From: Paraspadella gotoi
Lineage: Eukaryota > Animalia > Chaetognatha
Length of the DNA: 14,618 nt
NCBI GenBank assembly: GCA_051294375.1
Contig: CM119265.1
Location: forward strand, 28,504,504 to 28,519,121
Reading direction: 5' to 3'
In this document: one piece after another, positions 10,445 to 14,618 of the stretch
Numbering within the stretch: position 1 is the first letter of the stretch
Layout: each line of letters begins with the position of its first letter
Program-made: the position numbers and the translations under genes
The notes under the pieces: generated by a model
Database searches by the model: none
Seen by the model: only the letters and a program-made list of their open reading frames with translations
What the model was told of the DNA's origin: nothing

Positions 10445-11462
10445 CCACAAAATGGAAGAATCTTTGAGGTCCACATAGAAGGATTCCTTGTCATCTCTTC
10501 ATAGGAAACTGGGAGCACCTGGTTACTTGGTCGCCTTTGAAGCTCACGCAGAACCAGCATCTGCATCAGCGTGAAGCAGACAAAGTGAGAGGTCATCGAA
10601 GTCCATCCTAAACTCACTAGAGTTTCTCCGTCCTTGCTGCTGCAGTTGGCAAGAGTCAGCAATTCCATATCTTTGGTATTTAGATCCAAATTGTCCATCC
10701 ATGAAAACCTTTGTTTCCATTCTGCTTCATTGCCAACGAACCTCTTCATAGCGCGAATCATGATTGGGGCAAACGTGCGTCCACTTTCATAGACGGGATC
10801 TGGAAACCACCAACGCAGCAAAGGTAGTTGACCAGCGAGTCCAAAGGCGTCGGAGGCTATTTGAGTCGTGAGTCGCGTGTAAGATTTAAAGGAATCGATG
10901 GGATGTCGATATGAGAGGAGGAATTTGGTTTGAAAGGGAAGTTGTGGCTGCAAGTCCAGTAGGTCGCTCAGCAGCAGAGTAGACCTCGTGCCGAGCTTGA
11001 GGACAACCACAGAAATGCCCTCAACTGTCCATAAGAATTTGGACAAGTAGATCAGCGTCGTAGGAAGAAACCCGATGAGAGATCCGTGGGACATGAAGGC
11101 GTCCAGTGCCACGTCCAAGACTGCTTTAGGTTGGTTCAGTACCAGGGCTTCGTTTAGATCCTCAAAGTGTTGACATAGGAGGGTGGAGCCGCTACGAGAT
11201 TGGATGCCGATGATAACAACGGTAGGTTTGTTTCTTTCAGTGGAAAGCTTTGATGAAGGTTGTCGGAGTTCAGTCCATTCCTCAGTAGATTTTAATTGTT
11301 CGGCTGTTGGTTCCATTTCACTCTTTGCACTGAGAGAGTTCTGGGTCTCCTCAACTGCAATCCGTTTAAAAGTTTGTAGGGGGACAACACCGAATTCGAT
11401 GGCAAAGTCATTGATTGAGTCATTCATGAAAGATCTGATGCTGGAATTGAAGATTTGAAGAC
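10445..11462 (-). CDS. Sulfotransferase-like paralogue A, exon 2 (P-loop sulfotransferase-like domain)
   Basis: Acceptor cctaat..ttttctcctttcaacatAG|G at 11464-11463 and donor GG|GTCAGT at 10444. Motifs: VVIIGIQSRSGSTLL (5'-PSB-like loop), VVVLK, FLLSYRHPIDSFKS (3'-PB-like R...S), VSYEEM. Confidence 0.92.
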
Positions 11463-11544
11463 CTATGTTGAAAGGAGAAAAGGAATTAGGAATATGCATT
11501 CTCATTTGATTATCCCCCTCTCCCATTCCATCTCTCTCATTCAC

Positions 11545-11860
11545 CTCCTTTTGTTCTCACAAACGTCGCCCCTTCCTTTGTGACGCCAAACAGATGCACA
11601 TTAGGATCGCGCCACGAAAATTCCCGCGCATCCTCGTATCTCGCGTGCTCGTGAAGTACGCGCATTTCTGGCAACAAAACTCGCGTGCGAGGAATCCAGA
11701 GAATACGGCGCACGTCAATTAGGTGGTTGTTTTTGCGACGTTGAGGGAAGAGAAAGTTAGCGAGGCAATGGACAAAGTTAAAGAGATAAAAGATAGGAAC
11801 GAAAACCAGGAGGTAAAGGAGAAGATGGTAATAAGCGGACCAAGGGCGACCAAAGAACAT
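11545..11860 (-). CDS. Sulfotransferase-like paralogue A, exon 1 with N-terminal membrane anchor; full CDS join(11860-11545, 11462-10445, 10135-9940) = 1530 nt, 509 aa
   Basis: aacaATG start, hydrophobic YYHLLLYLLVFVPIFYLFNFVHCLANFLF segment, donor AG|GTGAAT at 11544. An 82-nt phase-1 intron joins it in frame to exon 2. Confidence 0.88.
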
Positions 11861-12522
11861 TGTTTTTGCTTTGTCTGGTTTTATTTGTTTTTGGTGCTTT
11901 TTTGTTGTTAGTGTTTAGTTTATTATCAGTAAACTTTGATTTTTGCTAATCACTGAAAACAAACTTTTGAAATGAGGGCCAAAGAAAGTGTTTGATATTT
12001 TATTTGATAGCTTCACCAATGGTTTCACCAATGTTTTGGTTATGCCATATGATTATCTAAAGAAAAAAAGCTTTTCTTAGGAGCAGAAGGCATTTGCAAA
12101 AAATAAAACGGCTAAAAGCTATAATATTAAATTTAAATAAATTTATTAAGATTATTATTGAGATTTATGTAGTAAAATTATCTATCATAAAAAGTTTAAC
12201 AAAAACATGAAACAATTTTCTACGAAATTATTACAATTAAAATAAAAAAAAATATTCAAAAAACAGCCAGAATAAATATGAAAAGCAAAAGTTGGGTTTT
12301 CTTTAATAACAGAGCCACCAATAATAAAAAGTATTTGAGCACATTAATACCTTCACCTTATTTGGCTTTTAACCTCCACCTGTATATGCATTTCTTGTTT
12401 GTCTGACACCTAAGCTTGGTCTTTTATGTATCTGCAACACCTTTATCTCTTTATCTCTTTATAATCTTTAAATCTCCTTTTTTTAGTCTTTGACAATATT
12501 TGTCCAACACTTCCTTTTGACA

Positions 12523-12718
12523 CTAATTGAGCTTGTAGTCCTGAACCTCATCATAGATTGACCCTGCAATTCCAGATGCTTTCACAATACAGTCCAGTTT
12601 GTTCCAGTCACTCTCAGAGAGGCTCGTCAAGTGCTGCTTCTTCATCCACTCATTGCCAAGCTGACTTTTGGCTTGAGAGTCTTGTGCCTTTAAGGCTAAG
12701 CCTTTTGAGGCTGATATC
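12523..12718 (-). CDS. Sulfotransferase-like paralogue B, exon 3 (terminal)
   Basis: Acceptor ccttttgttAG|G at 12720-12719, phase 2. Translation G-ISASKGLALKAQDSQAKSQLGNEWMKK...QDYKLN*. Homologous to exon 3 of A. Confidence 0.9.
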
Positions 12719-12900
12719 CTAACAAAAGGCATCATATAGTAATTTATCATTCATTAATTAATTTTCCTAATTTTTTTTATTTGATTTAAAAATTTTTTTT
12801 GAGGAATTTATGAGCAATATTTTATTTTGAACATAATTAAAGAATATAACTATATAACTATTTTGATATCCTATTAAACTTATATCCTACTACTACAAAC

Positions 12901-13906
12901 CCGCAAAAGGGAAGAATCCTTAATAACCAGACTGAAGAATCTCTCATAATCTCCTCATAAGAAATAGGCAGAACTTGGTTGCGATAATTTGACTGCTTCT
13001 GCAGCTCACGCAGGACCAGCAGTGGTATCAGTAAGAAGCACACAAAATGTGAGGTCATGGAAGTCTTTCCTAAGCTAACAACGCATTTTCTATTGGAGTC
13101 AGTCCCGGACCAGGTTATCAATTCCAAATTTCTTGTCAGAAAATCCAAATTTTCAATCCAGGCAAACTTGCGCTGCCACTCAATTTCATTGCCAATGATT
13201 CTTTTCAGACCTGAGATCATCATTGGAGGAAAGACATTTCCGGTTTCAGCAACAGCAAAATCTGGGAACCATTGCTGAAGAAGTGGAAGTTGGCCCGCAA
13301 GTCCAAAGGAATCAGTGGCCATTTGAGTTGTGAGTCGCATGACGGATTTAAATGAATCTCCCAGATGACGATAAGAAAAAAGAAATTTTGTTTGAAATGG
13401 CAGTTGAAAATGTAAATCAAAAATGTCCCTTATCAACAAAGTGGACCTTGCACCAAGTTTAAGAACCACAATAGAGATGCCCTTGACAATCCAGAGTGAC
13501 TTGGCCAAGAAGGTAAGAGTAGTTGGAAGAAAGTCCATGAGAGCTCCTTCCGAGGTAAAGACATCTTGGGCAATGTCCAAAATCGCTTTGGGTTGGTTAA
13601 AAACCAATGCTTGGTGCAGATTTTCAAAGTTCTGGCTGAGTAGAGTAGAGCCGCTGCGTCCTTGAATACCAATTACTACAACAGTGGGTTTATTCATTTC
13701 AGTCAAAGGATTGGTAGGGGTTTGGTAGATCTGTTGACTGGCCTGTTGTGCCCTTTTGTCATGACCTTTGGTAATTGTTTCCATTTCAGTCTCCAAAGCA
13801 GCAATTTCTTGAAAAGTCATGAGAGGAACAATTCCAAACTCAATGGCAAAGTCTTTGATTGAGTCATTCATGAAAGATCTAACTTCTGATTTGAAGATTT
13901 TAAGAC
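12901..13906 (-). CDS. Sulfotransferase-like paralogue B, exon 2 (intact frame; no intact exon 1 in window, possibly a pseudogene)
   Basis: Acceptor ccttttctcttttAG|G at 13908-13907 and donor GG|GTTTGT at 12900, both at positions homologous to A. Motifs GIQGRSGSTLL, SYRHLGDSFKS, ISYEEI. Roughly 60-70% aa identity to A by eye. Confidence 0.85.
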
Positions 13907-14012
13907 CTAAAAGAGAAAAGGACATTGAAGAAAGATTTATATTCATATACTAAATACCATATCTAAGGTTGTGGTTTTTTACAAACATAACCTTCTCATT
14001 CTGTAATTAATT

Positions 14013-14098
14013 TATCTGTTTTGCGTCACAAAGAAAGGGGCGATATTTTTAGAACAAAGGAGGTGAGAGAAAGGAAGGGGAATTAATAAAGGGATAAT
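14013..14098 (+). pseudogene. Inverted, frameshifted remnant of the exon-1 3' end, splice donor and intron start of the sulfotransferase-like gene
   Basis: Plus strand TATCTGTTTTGCGTCACAAAGAAAGGGGCGATATTTTT-AGAACAAA-GGAG|GTGA matches the A sense strand CATCTGTTTGGCGTCACAAAGGAAGGGGCGACGTTTGTGAGAACAAAAGGAG|GTGA, with two 1-nt deletions. The intronic GGGATAAT is also shared. Confidence 0.85.
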
Positions 14099-14224
14099 GA
14101 TAAATAAAAATTGAATCGTGAATTATCTAGGTCACTTGTTTCAAATACAGAAGAGGAAATACAATTTTAAAAAATAAAAGTTTAACTAATGCTTTTAATG
14201 TCATCACATGCACTAGTAGAATGC

Positions 14225-14437
14225 TTAATTAAAACTTTTTTCACTATGGAGAGACACTGCATTAGAAACAAAAAAAATAATCATCATCAGTGGCTGAAAA
14301 GAGACAAAACAGAAAAGGTTTTGTCTCTTTCAGCCACTGATGATGACTTAGAAACTAAGTCGAAATATATGACAAAAAATTAACATTTTTTGTTCTTATG
14401 CACTGTCTCTCCATAGTGAAAATAAGTATTTAATTAA
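14225..14437. mobile_element. Foldback/inverted-repeat element, probably a Penelope-like retroelement terminal-repeat relic (alternatively a MITE)
   Basis: Inner arms 14281-14310 and 14318-14346 (one indel, 7-nt loop). Outer arms about 14225-14277 and 14386-14437. About 39 nt present only in the right arm. The inverted repeat is directly visible; the element class is inferred. Confidence 0.6.
14333..14373 (+). ncRNA. Minimal type-I hammerhead ribozyme motif
   Basis: GCCA-CTGATGA-T-GACTTAG-aaa-CTAAGTC-GAAA-TA-TA-TGAC. Canonical core boxes, a perfect 7-bp stem II, a palindromic vestigial stem III (ATAT), and stem I paired 3 of 4. Confidence 0.6.
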
Positions 14438-14618
14438 AAGGTTTAACTAATTGTATGGGAATTCATTAATAATAATTTAAAATCATCAGAATATAAAAAA
14501 ACAAGAAAATATTTTGTAAATGATCGATATAGACATGACATTAATTCTCATTGATAAAACTTGTCTTATAAATTAGTATTACTGACAATTTCATATGGTT
14601 TTAATAATAAGCTCACAT

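Noticed and set aside
10417-11544. ORF-track termini of the 375-aa and 362-aa ORFs as true gene ends
   Set aside because: Homology between the paralogues stops exactly at the splice sites, so the extensions are intronic (B's upstream ATG remains a possible secondary start).
14189-14383. 64-aa plus-strand ORF
   Set aside because: Lies in the foldback element and has no coding features.

Overview
This is eukaryotic (probably animal) draft-assembly DNA: AT-rich introns and intergenic DNA with many microsatellites, GT-AG introns and three N gaps. It contains: (1) the 5' part of a spliced minus-strand gene (exons 2883/2907-2764, 2565-2325, 1980-gap-1329, 1040-<1) for a low-complexity Ser/Pro/Ala/Asn-rich, probably nuclear protein, largely missed by the ORF track; (2) about 7 kb of non-coding DNA with (CT)n tracts often flanked by ACGTGA and bZIP-type motifs; (3) two tandem minus-strand paralogues of an uncharacterised P-loop sulfotransferase-like protein. 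Copy A is complete (3 exons, 509 aa). Copy B has intact exons 2-3, but the homologue of the exon-1 3' end and donor lies inverted and frameshifted next to it; (4) a ~210-bp foldback at 14225-14437 whose right arm carries a minimal hammerhead-ribozyme motif of the kind found in Penelope-like retroelements, plus a second decayed hammerhead-like motif at 9597-9640. All calls were made by eye with no database searches. I see no demonstrably new system. The best leads are the hammerhead foldback, the inverted exon remnant, and a shared E-to-Q change in the sulfotransferase-like pair.
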